A DNA stretch of 64,000 nt from Spizellomyces punctatus DAOM BR117 (lineage: Eukaryota): assembly GCA_000182565.2 (NCBI GenBank), contig KQ257453.1; one strand, written 5' to 3'. The position numbers and the translations under genes were made by a program. A model generated the notes under the pieces. That model was given only the letters and a program-made list of their open reading frames with translations, was not told the DNA's origin and did no database searches. Below, piece after piece: positions 11,235 through 21,979 of this stretch. Numbering within the stretch: position 1 is the first letter of the stretch; each line of letters starts with the position of its first letter.

Positions 11235-12152
11235 ATGAGCATCAAGATTGAAGTTCTTTGGGGTCCTGAACCAGAGGGCAAGTTTATCACCCTGCCACTG
11301 GCGTCCGGGCGGTTTCAAAAGATCTTATTTGATCGCAGTTTGCCAAAGGTTCTTATTGTGGGAGAAGGCAAAAACTTCACATTCACAGCCGCCTTTGTAG
11401 CGCTCAGACGATCCTTCGAGAACGTCATTACAACCACATGGCCAGTTCTTTCGCCGGATTGGAGTGAAGTGGTAAAGACTGCCTTGTCGAATGCGCACAG
11501 AAACCAAGAGTTCCTCGCCAAGTCTGATCTTTATGGTAGATGAATTTGCCTGAGCCATGGCAGAAACATTGATAACAATCTCCTTTCACTAGATACCACG
11601 TCATTCACCGTTGAAGAAGTATATACTCGCTACGGAAGCATTTTTGGTGTATCACCTTCCACTGGTCCAACCTATATCGGAAATGTCAATGCGACAGAAC
11701 TTGAAGAACACGACAATATAATTCACAGTCATTGCGAAAACATTTTTTTCCAGTGTCCCCACGACGGGCAATCGGGAACCCAGCACCTGATTGTGAGTTT
11801 TATGTCGAGTGCCGCGCGGGTGCAGAAGGCTGGGAACTACCTGTTCCTTGGAATCACTAAAGATGGACGATATTCCAATGTTTATGGCCTTCGTGAGCTT
11901 ATTGAAACATCTGCACCAAACATCGGTTATCGGTTGGAAGGGGTCGATGACATTACTATTCAAAAGATACTGCATTTTGGGTACAGGCATCAAGCAAGAA
12001 GAGATGAAGATGATATCCATGACAGAATATTAGCGCATCATGTTACGCTTGTTTTTCATAGAGAGGTTGTTTGGTTTTGCTTGAACAAACAGCCTTACAC
12101 GATGAATATTAAATCGGCATTTTTTCAAAGGACTCTTCCAGTAGCCCAGTAA
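11235..12152 (+). CDS. DUF2431 / BMT5-like (rRNA uridine-N3 methyltransferase-type Rossmann) protein
   Basis: Motifs KVLIVGEGKNFTF, NVNATEL, NIFFQCPH and LIVSFMSSAA match the DUF2431 pattern ILLVGEGNFSF..IDAT.L..IIFNFPH..LL..FF.SA. Intron at ~11536-11593; the 3' end may be spliced differently. Confidence 0.7.
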
Positions 12153-12803
12153 ATGCAAATGATTTGAGTGACGAGTTTGCCTCGAGGCTCAACATTAGAG
12201 AACCTCAGAGAAGAACCGGGATTGAATATTCTGACGATGAAGGATAGGAGGTTCAAAGGGAAAAAGTTAAACGGGAATGAAGGGTGGTCGGCAATCATCA
12301 TTTAATGCTTTGTAGAGACGGCTAAACCAAATATAATAAGGGGCTGGAAATCGGTGGACAGCTGCTCTCATAGACACGCCGATGCTTGAATAGAGACTGA
12401 TGCAGTCAACTCAATCCATTACACATTTTCCTGTTTTCACTGGCAGCTGTTGCATGTTCGCTGAATCGATTTGACCACGCCTCCGAGCACGCTTCGGTTA
12501 GGACAGTTTTAGTACCACATACGCATGCATGGTTATTTTTAGGGTTAAGAGTGTCCAATGCGTAAGGAGCATTAGGCAACAGAACGCCAACCACTTCAGT
12601 TGTGAGTTGAATTGCCCGATAACGTAGGGAAGACTTTAAATCGGAAAGTTTCACTGCGTATGCATAAAGCGCACAGTAAGCAGTAATAAATAAAGCAATG
12701 TCGGACAAGAGCGCGCTTTGAGGATGACTCAGGTCGAAACATGAAAAGCGGACCTTTTATAAACCTCACGACGCAAACAGTAAGCCATCATCAAATCAAA
12801 AGT

Positions 12804-13766
12804 ATGGACGAACAGAAAGTATCTGAAGCCAATGTTCTCATCATATACGGCTTTGGCAAGGATGAGAATATGCCGAGTGGGGTACGGCCGCAATCCATAT
12901 GATACATGACAAGTTGCATTGTTCCTGCTCATTTACCTTTTACTACAGTCTGGTTTCTGTCAAAAGGTAGAAACCTTTGCAAGAGCGACAAAAATCCCAT
13001 ATGAGCTCCGCGCAACTCTGCCTGATCGTGCGCCGAAAGGAAAGCTTCCTTACATTACTTTCGGAGATGAAACTGTCGCGGATTCCCATTTCATTTTAAA
13101 ATACGTCGTCCAGAAGCGTATCTCTCGGGATCTAGATGCCTCTTTAACTCCTTCTCAAAAGGCGGACTCCCGCGCTTTCCAGTCATATATTGAGGAGCAT
13201 TTGTATTCGTGTATTTGCTATGAGAGGTGGATGGTAGATGCCAATTATCAGGTTGTCGTCCGGGAGTCCTTTTCGGCAGCTCCGTCAGTACTTCGACCAT
13301 TGTTGGGCTGGTACTTTTGGAGAAAAGTGAGGTCCGGATTGTGGGCACAGGGCGTGGGAAGGCATTCGACTGAAGAAGTCTATGGGCTTCTGGAGGACGC
13401 TGTAACCCATCTCGCGGCAAGGCTGGAGGTTCAGTTTGACATCACTGCGGACAAGTCAAGACACATTTACTTTCACGGAGGAGAGAGCCCCACCCAGATT
13501 GATGTCATTCTTTATGCGTTCCTTGCCAACGCTATCGCAACTGATTCGTGAGTAGTGAACCTGTGACTACGAAAAGGCCAGCGCATGTTTGGCTTTGGCT
13601 AATAATGCAAAATCCTTTCCTCTCTACCAGCAATCCGTACTTTAACAAGCTTATGCTTGCCCAGCCAGCACTGGTGACATTTACAAGACAAATGACGACT
13701 CTTTTGTTTCCCGAATACACAAAGGTCTTGGAAAAGCTAGACGCTGGTACTCTTGCGAAAGACTGA
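12804..13766 (+). CDS. Metaxin / failed-axon-connections (FAX)-like glutathione S-transferase-fold protein
   Basis: SGFCQKVETF..APKGKLPYI..VADSHFI..TQIDVILYAFLA. Three exons, with introns at ~12882-12948 and ~13548-13630. Confidence 0.85.
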
Positions 13767-14724
13767 AAAAGCAACTCTTGACGAGTTGAAAAGCGGCTGA
13801 CCCTTCGATCCAACCACCAAGTGACAAAGCCGTTCGTTCATCATATGCCTTATGTAACTTACACCACAAGTGTAAAAATAGATTTGGATGATGGATGGAT
13901 GTAAAGACAGAGGGAAATCCGTTTTGGGACCTCTGCACGTGCTGTATGAAATTCTCTCCCTTTGAGTACCGAGGGATGGACAACGTGGAGGAGTTTGTGC
14001 TCTCGCTCCGTCAAGTAGAATCAAGTGCATCTATTTTCTTTTGTGTTTGTGGAATGGTGTGGGGAACAATTCGAAAATCTCTGTGGAATTATCCATCTCA
14101 GTTTGCTTCTGTTCTTGTCTTACGATCCGCATGTTCTCTTTTTTTCGTAGCGGCTTTGAAACAATGCATGCAACATTTCATAGTGACCAATCGTATATTG
14201 CATATTTAAAGTCATTGACACATTTGACATGAAATTGGCGCCCAACACAAAACTTTAAACGTATGAAAATGGATATCAACCAGCCCTCTATTCAAACTCC
14301 TCACCGCCTCATCTCTCTTGAATCTACAAAAGCGGGCTTTTGGCTGTTTCCCATGTCCGATTTGTGTTTTTTTGACATTTGCTTTCTGTCCAACCACCAA
14401 CTTGTGTTTGCATGCTAAAAGAAGAAAGAAAAAAAAAAAAAAAGTTGATCGGCCCTCCCATTCTGCCAAATGCTTTAATCCACTCGGGCGAGGGCATGGC
14501 AGCATGTGCTGAAGTTTCAAACGATAAAAAGCACTCGAATCACATCTGTTAATGGGATAGGGTTAAGAATGTTAAATGTTCTTGTAGAAAAAACGATTCG
14601 AATTGTCCAATCGAATGTTCCTGTTTCCAAAATGGGGCGTATCAAAAGAATTGAGAAAACATTTTTTTCTGCCAAAAGACAAATCAAACCGTTTCAAAGA
14701 GCCGCGTGTTCTGAGATATGTCTG

Positions 14725-14730
14725 CACGTG
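14725..14730. promoter_or_regulatory. CACGTG E-box (Pho4/NUC-1-type) upstream of the phosphate transporter; second copy at 13936-13941
   Basis: TCTGCACGTGC occurs twice upstream of the PHO84 ATG, at about -210 and -1000. Confidence 0.45.
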
Positions 14731-14936
14731 CAGTCATTCTGGCCATCGGTTGGTCATTGCGTTGAAATGTAGATGAACGAAGTGTTCCACTTTTCTTTTT
14801 TTTTTATTCTTTTTCTTTATTCAGCTTCTGTGGTCAGAATGGAAATAAAAGGCGGACCCTCGCTCGGCCTTCCCTGGTTTCTTTACCCTACCCGTCGCCT
14901 TGTCTACCTGCCGATCCCTCATCAGGTACCTCAGAG

Positions 14937-16728
14937 ATGGCAGCTACACGGCAAAATGCTTTCCAAGCCCTCGATGAGGCAAAGTTTGGTCGCTCTCATG
15001 TGCGCGCGGTCTTGGTGTCTGGTGTCGGTTTCTTGTATGTTCAACATATCGCATTTCTAAAAACGCAATGGGAAATGAAATCTAACTTGCGTTTTTGGTT
15101 AATCCAGTACTGATGCCTACGATATCTTCATTATCGGTCTTGTTGTGCCAATGATCGGTTTTGTATATTTCCAAGACAATGGCGGCAAAGTCCCTACGTT
15201 CCCTGGGTCCAGTATCGATTATGACGGTCTTATTAAGGGTGTTTCCATTTGGGGTACTCTCCTTGGTCAATTGGTCTTTGGTATTCTTGGTGACAAGTTG
15301 GGTCGTAAGAAGGTGTATGGTGTGGAGTTGGGTATTATGATTGTGTCTACCATTGGTAAGTTTTCCGGCATCAATTAATTACGACAGAAACGATGAAAAT
15401 CTTAACATTACATTTTTTGCCAGGGTGCTGCTTCGCGTCCAACACTGCCCGTGGTATCGGTATTCTTGCTATGCTCGGTTTCTGGCGTTTCTGGCTTGGT
15501 TTCGGTATCGGTGGTGACTACCCCGTTTCCGCTATCATCACCTCAGAGTTCGCCACTGTCAAGAGGCGTGGTCAAATGATGGCCATGGTCTTCTCCATGC
15601 AAGGAATTGGTATCTTGCTCGGAGCCCTTTTCGCCTTTATTGTTCTTGCCTGCTTCAAGAGTGCGCTCACCGATACATCAGACCCTCAAGCTTACCTCTA
15701 CTTTGACTACGTGTGGCGTATTTGCCTTGGTCTTGCTGTCATTCCCAACTTGTGCGCTATTTACTTCCGTCTTACCATCCCTGAGACACCCCGTTACACC
15801 GCTGCCATTACTGGAGATGCCGAAAAGGCTGTTCGAGACTCTGAGAGATTTGTCAACGGAGGTGCCGACACTACTGGCATGCACACCCCAGCCACTGGCG
15901 CTGTCGTCCCCGCAAAGAAATCCAACAGTTTTGCCGAGTTCAAGGCATTCTTTGGAAAACGGGAGAACTTCAAGCTCCTTTTCGCCACATCCCTCTGCTG
16001 GTTCTGCCTTGACGTTGCCTTCTACGGTCTTTCCCTCAACAACTCTGTCGTCATCAGCAACATCGGGTTCAAGACCGACAAACACTCGTCGCCATACGAT
16101 GTTATCCACGCCCAGGTCGTCGGAAATGTTATCATTGCGTTCTGTGGAACGGTTCCAGGTTACTACTTCTCCGTCGCATTCATTGAGAAGATGGGCAGGA
16201 AGAAGATTCAATTGATGGGCTTCGCCATGTGCACGATCATCTACGTCGTTTTGGCTTCTGCATACAACAAGATCCTCGAAACTAGCACAGCTCTTTTCAT
16301 CGTCCTCTACTCTCTCGGCATGTTCTTCAAGAACTTTGGAGCCAACATGGTATGTTGACACCACACAGGCAATTCCATCCGATAATGTAACCATTGCTCA
16401 TCTTTACTGTTCTGCGCAGACCACCTTCATCTACCCTGGAGAAATCTTCCCCACCCGCTTCCGATCCACTGCGCACGGTATCTCCGCTGCTGCTGGTAAG
16501 GCAGGTGCCATTCTGGCCGCTCATGGTTTCGCGAAATGGAAGGCAGACCTTGGGCTTGACGGTACCTTGGGTGTGTTGGCGGGTTTCATGTTCATTGGTT
16601 TCTTGACAACTTTCCTTTTGCCTGAAACGGCCGGCCGTAGTCTTGAGGAAATTAACAACGAGGGGGTATATGACCCAGAACACACACATGGCGAGAAGGA
16701 GCGGGATGTAATTGAAGTAAAAGCCTAA
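14937..16728 (+). CDS. PHO84: High-affinity phosphate:H+ symporter (MFS, PHS family)
   Basis: ALDEAKFG..GVGF/TDAYDIF, GDKLGRKKVYG, signature GFGIGGDYPVSAIITSEFA, IPETPRYT, NFGAN/TTFIYPGEIFPTRFRSTAHGISAAAGK. Three introns. Confidence 0.95.
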
Positions 16729-17467
16729 TGTATAGACTGGTCTCTAGCCATCTTCGCATAGCTTGCTTGTAAAGTTGCCGCCGTAGAGGCAGGACTATTG
16801 CTGCCATGTTTGCCTTATTATCTTTTAAATAATTTTCCCTAGCGTATATTTGAGTCAGAAATAAATCCTCATGACCCATATTTCCTGTCGAACTAGTTTG
16901 AAGAGTACTTTTGTGTGCAGGTTGCTTGTAATTGTAATCCCACATTTTCGTTCGCAGATCTTACAAAATTGTAGTTGTAGTTGTAAACTGTGGCACAGTA
17001 ACATTCGCCCCGCACCCTCTAAACCACCTTGACGGTCGCATGCCAAACCAGGTTTGCAAGGGACTAATGTAATTATAACGGTATGCCTGCGTTCGAGGAA
17101 TTGACTTCATGAGGTATATTCATCCTCTCATAGTTAAAAGGGCTACTGAATCATTTAATGACCAACTGCGCCATGCTCTGGAAGACGGGCGATTCGACAA
17201 CATGTTCATAACACTATAGTGCACGACAAAAAGAATTTCAAAGCATCGCCCTCTCAAGCAAGACTTGGTTGCAACAGATTTCAACAAATGCAAAGAAAAA
17301 TTCTCTCTATTTAGTTTTATGGTACACTTTTCACAAATATGCACCGCTGTATCGACTGACCAGTAAACTATACATACGTCTATTGTAAATGACTATCAAA
17401 GAGTCGGTGAGCTACTAGCAGCGCCGGTGTTGAGCGTGAGGGGGCGAGGTCATTCGTCATGGACTGT

Positions 17468-19120
17468 CTAGTTGGTGTTCTTTTGAGAGGTGTTGTTGTT
17501 GGCCGTCTGCTTGTTCGCGTTTGCTTGGCCGTTCTTCTGGTTGTTGTTCTGCTTGTTATTCTGGTTGTTATTCTTCTTGTTGTTCTGGTTGTTGTTATTC
17601 TTTTGAGAAGCGTTGTTGTTGGCCGTCTGCGTGGTGTTTTGGTTTGCGTTTGCTTGGCCGTTCTTCTGGTTGTTGTTCTGCTTGTTCTTTTGGTTGTCCT
17701 TTTCGTTGTTGTTCTGCTTATTGTTATTCTTCTGAGAGGTGTTGTTGTTGGCCGTCTGCGTGGTGTTTTGGTTCGCGTTTGCTTGGCCGTTCTTCTGGTT
17801 GTTGTTCTGCTTATTGTTATTCTTTTGAGAGGTGTTGTTGTTGGCCGTTTGCGTGGTGTTTTGGTTTGCGTTTGCTTGGCCGTTCTTCTGGTTGTTGTTC
17901 TGTTTGTTATTCTGCTTGTTGTTCTGGTTGTTGTTATTGTTTGCAAATTTGAGGTCGATGGCCACACCCTTCCCATTCAAGACGGGAGTAATTGGTGATT
18001 TAAACCCGAGTAACCCCTCACAATTCAAACCATCCGCTCCAAAAGAGTTTGCAAATCGTGCCCCAAGAAAGGTAAACAAGTTGTTGCCTGTGGCGGGATC
18101 CGGCGTAGTTCCTTTGATGGTCAAACCTTTTTGACTCTGGATTACAGGCGGCGCAACCTTGGCAAAGTTTTGACAATATGTTTTGGGGTCAGCGTCTTTA
18201 AGCGTCGCAGCGAGAGTTTGACCGACTTCTTTGCGGTAGGCATTGATTTTGTTGAGATTCTGCTTGCCATTAACGAGCACCATCGGATCATTGGCGGGTA
18301 TTAGGGCGACGGGAGCTCCTTGGAGGGAGGCTTGAAGTTCGTCTGTACCAAGGGTTGCGCGCTTTGCGCCAGGATCATCCAAGGCGGACACGAGGAACGG
18401 AGTGCATCCGATAGCAGGGTCCAAAAAGGCTGTGAGAAGAGCGTTGTCGGAACCATTGTTAATAACTTTGGCTTTCTTTCCCAGTTTTTTCCTGTTGTCT
18501 GCTGTATCCTGCGCAGTAGTTTCTCCAACTTGGAGGTATTGCGTATTTACATTATCTGATTGGTCCTGGTCGATAACGGCGAACGATCGGACAGTGGGGC
18601 AGGTGGTACCGTCTTTAGCGTTACCGAGTTGGGGAATCTTGGCTTGCTTTTGCGCTGCAGCAAAGAAGCCCGCTCCGTTGCAAGAAGCAAATTGACCGAA
18701 AATGCTGTTTCCGAGACCATTGACACATTTGGCTTGCTTGAGCGAACCCTTTACGTCGACAAGCTGGAGATTGTCTGCATTGGTACCAAACCAAATGCCA
18801 ACAATCGCATTTGCGGGAAGGGTGGGAACAACAGGTGCAATGGCGGGTTTGGTCCCTTTTGTGATGACGAGAGGAGAATATGCAAACAGTTCTCCAGTGG
18901 CGGGATCCAGGATGGTGGCCTCTACAAAGCTTTGTGTGTTTGGATCAGACTGCTTGCAGCCGCCAGCGAGTTCGTAAGGGGTAGCTAGCCCTTGGGCGGA
19001 AAGGGCATTAGGAGGAACCGTGAGTGTGCATGGCGCTTTTGCCGCTGGGGCCGCCTGGGCCTTTGCGGTAAAGAGAAGGATGCTACAGCCGAGGATAACA
19101 AGGATTTTGTTGAAAGGCAT
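17468..19120 (-). CDS. Secreted Cys-containing protein with C-terminal Asn/Gln-rich repeats
   Basis: Intronless ORF with signal peptide MPFNKILVILGCSILLFTAKAQA, a ~390-aa globular domain (CTLTVPPNALSAQGLATPY..VGIWFGTN..CVNG..FGQFASCN..IDQDQSDNVNTQY) and an N/Q/K tail. Confidence 0.85.
   Translation of the reverse strand: MPFNKILVILGCSILLFTAKAQAAPAAKAPCTLTVPPNALSAQGLATPYELAGGCKQSDPNTQSFVEATILDPATGELFAYSPLVITKGTKPAIAPVVPTLPANAIVGIWFGTNADNLQLVDVKGSLKQAKCVNGLGNSIFGQFASCNGAGFFAAAQKQAKIPQLGNAKDGTTCPTVRSFAVIDQDQSDNVNTQYLQVGETTAQDTADNRKKLGKKAKVINNGSDNALLTAFLDPAIGCTPFLVSALDDPGAKRATLGTDELQASLQGAPVALIPANDPMVLVNGKQNLNKINAYRKEVGQTLAATLKDADPKTYCQNFAKVAPPVIQSQKGLTIKGTTPDPATGNNLFTFLGARFANSFGADGLNCEGLLGFKSPITPVLNGKGVAIDLKFANNNNNQNNKQNNKQNNNQKNGQANANQNTTQTANNNTSQKNNNKQNNNQKNGQANANQNTTQTANNNTSQKNNNKQNNNEKDNQKNKQNNNQKNGQANANQNTTQTANNNASQKNNNNQNNKKNNNQNNKQNNNQKNGQANANKQTANNNTSQKNTN
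17470..17945 (-). repeat. Coding minisatellite, about 4 units of ~93-126 bp (NNNQKNGQANANQNTTQTANNNTSQKNNN)
   Basis: gtttgcttggccgttcttctggttgttgttctg recurs at ~17519, ~17648, ~17777 and ~17870. Confidence 0.9.
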
Positions 19121-19952
19121 GCTGCCTTCTTCAAGGTCGGAAGGAAAGGTTGTTGAACTCTGGTGTGTGCTTCTTGGCAAAAGGCAACCATTTGTATTTT
19201 CATATTTATGTGCATCGTAATTAAAAGTTCAATCAGCTGTGGGAAAATTGGAGAAGAAGAGGAGATCCGCGTGAGAAAAAAATAAATTCCAAAATCGAAT
19301 TGCGAATATTCCCACAGGTCATTTAATTAATAAACCCCTTAGAAAGACTCCCCTGAAACACGTCTGGCTGCCTAAGCCGTTGTTGATGGAACTTCTAGAG
19401 ATAAAACAGCTCCGCAAAATAAATTTAAACAAAAGCAAGGCATGAAGCAGGAGATGGACAATGCTTACAGCCGAAACAGCCAAACCGACCGTCGGGTTGG
19501 ATTGCACACAAGAGAGAATGTGACTTGATGATGACGATGAGTGGTTACGCTCAAATAATATGGCTCCGATGACCGCCGATTGCCCTTGACAATCAAGACG
19601 AGCACATTTTACCCATTAAACTCCCTCTCGGCAATTGCCAGCCATGAAACAGCATCAAGATCGTACCAAACAAAATGAACACAAGAGTTGATTGTATGAC
19701 GGAACAACTCTCGCTGCAAAACACACATAGTGACCTTGACAATGCAAAGTATTCACGTGAATTCAACCTATGAACGGCGAACGGCCGCCGCTTATGAGAC
19801 TTTAGGGGTTTACTTCACACCTAGCATACTGCTGTATGGGACCATGTTCTGTGGTTTGAGGATGGACTTGGACAAAACTGCCCCCGCTGAGGGATAGCAG
19901 GTTTCATACTTTGTACTGGGAGGGCGATGCTACGTCCGGCAAGGTATTATTT

Positions 19953-20932
19953 TTATGAGACATCCTCATCGGCCGCCTTTCGCCGTCGTTTACTCCTCCT
20001 TAGACCAGTCGTTTCGTCATCATCATTGGACTTTGAGGGACGCTTTTCCTCCTTCTCAGGTATTCCATCTTCTTCTGTGACAGGAGTGCCCGTGTCATTT
20101 CCATTTCCTTTGTCCTCACCCATCTCAGTCAGTCCAAACCGCTTCCCAATGCACCAAGCCCACACAGCGCGCTCGCATTTTCCAGCGGTCCAATTATCGC
20201 TCCCTTCCCTCTTGTTTAATTCGGCAGCTTGAGCGCGCAGCTTCTCCAAAAGGTTTTTATACGCAGGTACTGTATATTGAAGTTTAGCGGAATAGAGGGA
20301 CAGTGCTTCGTCCGACATGAAAGGGATACTCGGATTATATGCAGACAGAAGAGCTGGTAGTCCAAATGCTTAATATTGCAAAAGGTCGTCACACGTTCAT
20401 GTTCACGAACTCACCAGAAGCGGTGGCTGGTCCGACACCTTTCAGCTTTGCCAATTCCTTCAAGGCGGCTATTATAGATTCATCAGATTCTTTAACTAAC
20501 GAAAATCCTCTGCGAGAGGCCCCTACAACAACATCTGGTGGATTGGAGGACACCTGCGCAAGAAGGGTCGGCCGAAATTTTCCCCTCTGAAAAAATATCG
20601 CTCAATCCCCAACACCTCATCTCCCGAGGAACACGTCATTCACAGAAATCTTACACTCAACTTCCACTCCATGACTTTGACCTAAGAGTTTGAAAATCGG
20701 AACGTGAAGCTCCCATCACCTTCGCCCAAAAGACCCAAAGCTAACCAACCAGCTCGTCCCGCGTCAAGCTGCCTCGTTCCACTATCGCCTTGTGAAGATC
20801 ATTCCACATCCACTTGTCCAGCTCCTGTAGTTTGTTTCCTTTAGCAACTTCCTTGGAGGTACATAGAGCTCTAAGAGCCGAGGAGTAGGAGGCATGCGCA
20901 TTTTGCCAGTCGGTGGGAAATGAAGGCGGCAT
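19953..20932 (-). CDS. Conserved eukaryotic helix-hairpin-helix protein of unknown function (DNA glycosylase-like HhH)
   Basis: Spliced motifs LQELDKW..LTRDELV/KVMEWKL/RGKFRPTL..LAKLKGVGPATAS..PFMSDEAL..WTAGKCERAVW. Three introns. Confidence 0.75.
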
Positions 20933-21294
20933 TTTGACAGAGATCGCGACCTGCTGCTGCTTCAGCCAAGCCTGTCTCCGAAAATGTCACGTGACTTGCC
21001 TTGTGCTAAGATCGTTTTGCATCGTCGTTGCCAGTACTGGCCTGTCGTCAACAATGGTTGACCTATCCAGCGATGGATTGGATATTTCTCATATATGAGT
21101 AACATGTTTGTCCACAATGACCTCGCTTGGATGAAACACGAGAGTATGCACAACGTCCACATATTTGCGTTCTCCGTTTTGACAGGGTATTATATTTTCA
21201 TATCACTGCGATATACTATGACATATGATACTCTAGGATATTGTAGACAACGACCTACAGGCAATAGTGAACAGGTACAAACTCCTCCATTCCC

Positions 21295-21979
21295 TCAATA
21301 GCCCAGCTTTTGATAAATGCCAGCCGCCAATCCGTCAGCAATGACCTGACTCTGCTCCAACGCCTTCGTAGCCAGCCCATATCCCTCCTCATTGCGGTGC
21401 TCAATGATGGCTCCGGCGGCTCCAATTGCTAGGTCTTCGTGTTCTTTCAACAAAGCGAATATCTTGTCCTTGGGATACGCAGGGGGATTGAAGCTCTCGA
21501 CCACTGCAGAAAGCTTCTTGGTGCCATCCAGTAGGGTCTTATACAATTCCTTGACTTTCTCCGTGTTCCCAGCTTTTGTTTCGTCCGTGATCTTGGAAAG
21601 CAGGACGATATGTTCCGCAAAGAGCTTTTCGAAAGTGCCGACATCCGCGTCCGGGTAGAAAGATCCAAGGAAATTGGCCATCTTTGGTGCAATCTCAAGT
21701 GCTTTAGGTTTGATGGCGTTAGCGAGGTCCCAGTTGTCGCTGCCAACAGCTATGGCATAATCTCCTGTTGTGGCGACGTGCGCTACCCAAAGGAACCGAG
21801 CTTGACCTGTGACTTTGACGGCCAAATCGACAAGTTCTGTACGATAGGCATGAGTATTAATAGCTTTGTTAACAAGATGACCCGTGACGCATACCATGTC
21901 GCCTATAAACAGGTGTGGAATTCACCAGTGAACACGACAAGAGAAGAAAAATGGAGAGAACTGCGTTCTTGAGCTGCAT
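21295..21979 (-). CDS. Secreted alpha-helical His-containing protein of a bacterial-type family
   Basis: Exon 1 (21895-21979) encodes signal peptide MQLKNAVLSIFLLLSCSLVNS plus YRRH. Intron 21837-21894 (GTATGC..GTACAG). Exon 2 reads RFLWVAHV..FY..FEKLFAEHI..KAGN..SFNP..LLKEH..IADGLAAGI. Confidence 0.8.

Noticed and set aside
15678-16394. Long antisense ORFs over PHO84 (also over TKL1, tubulin and kinesin)
   Set aside because: Expected from strong codon bias in highly expressed genes.
17470-17945. Repeat array as a CRISPR-like locus
   Set aside because: The units are in-frame coding repeats without unique spacers, the context is eukaryotic, and no cas genes are present.
17459-17998. 179-aa Leu/Val-rich ORF, Cys/Ser-rich ORF and Thr/Arg-rich ORF over the repeat
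   Set aside because: They are antisense or alternative-frame shadows of the N/Q coding minisatellite.
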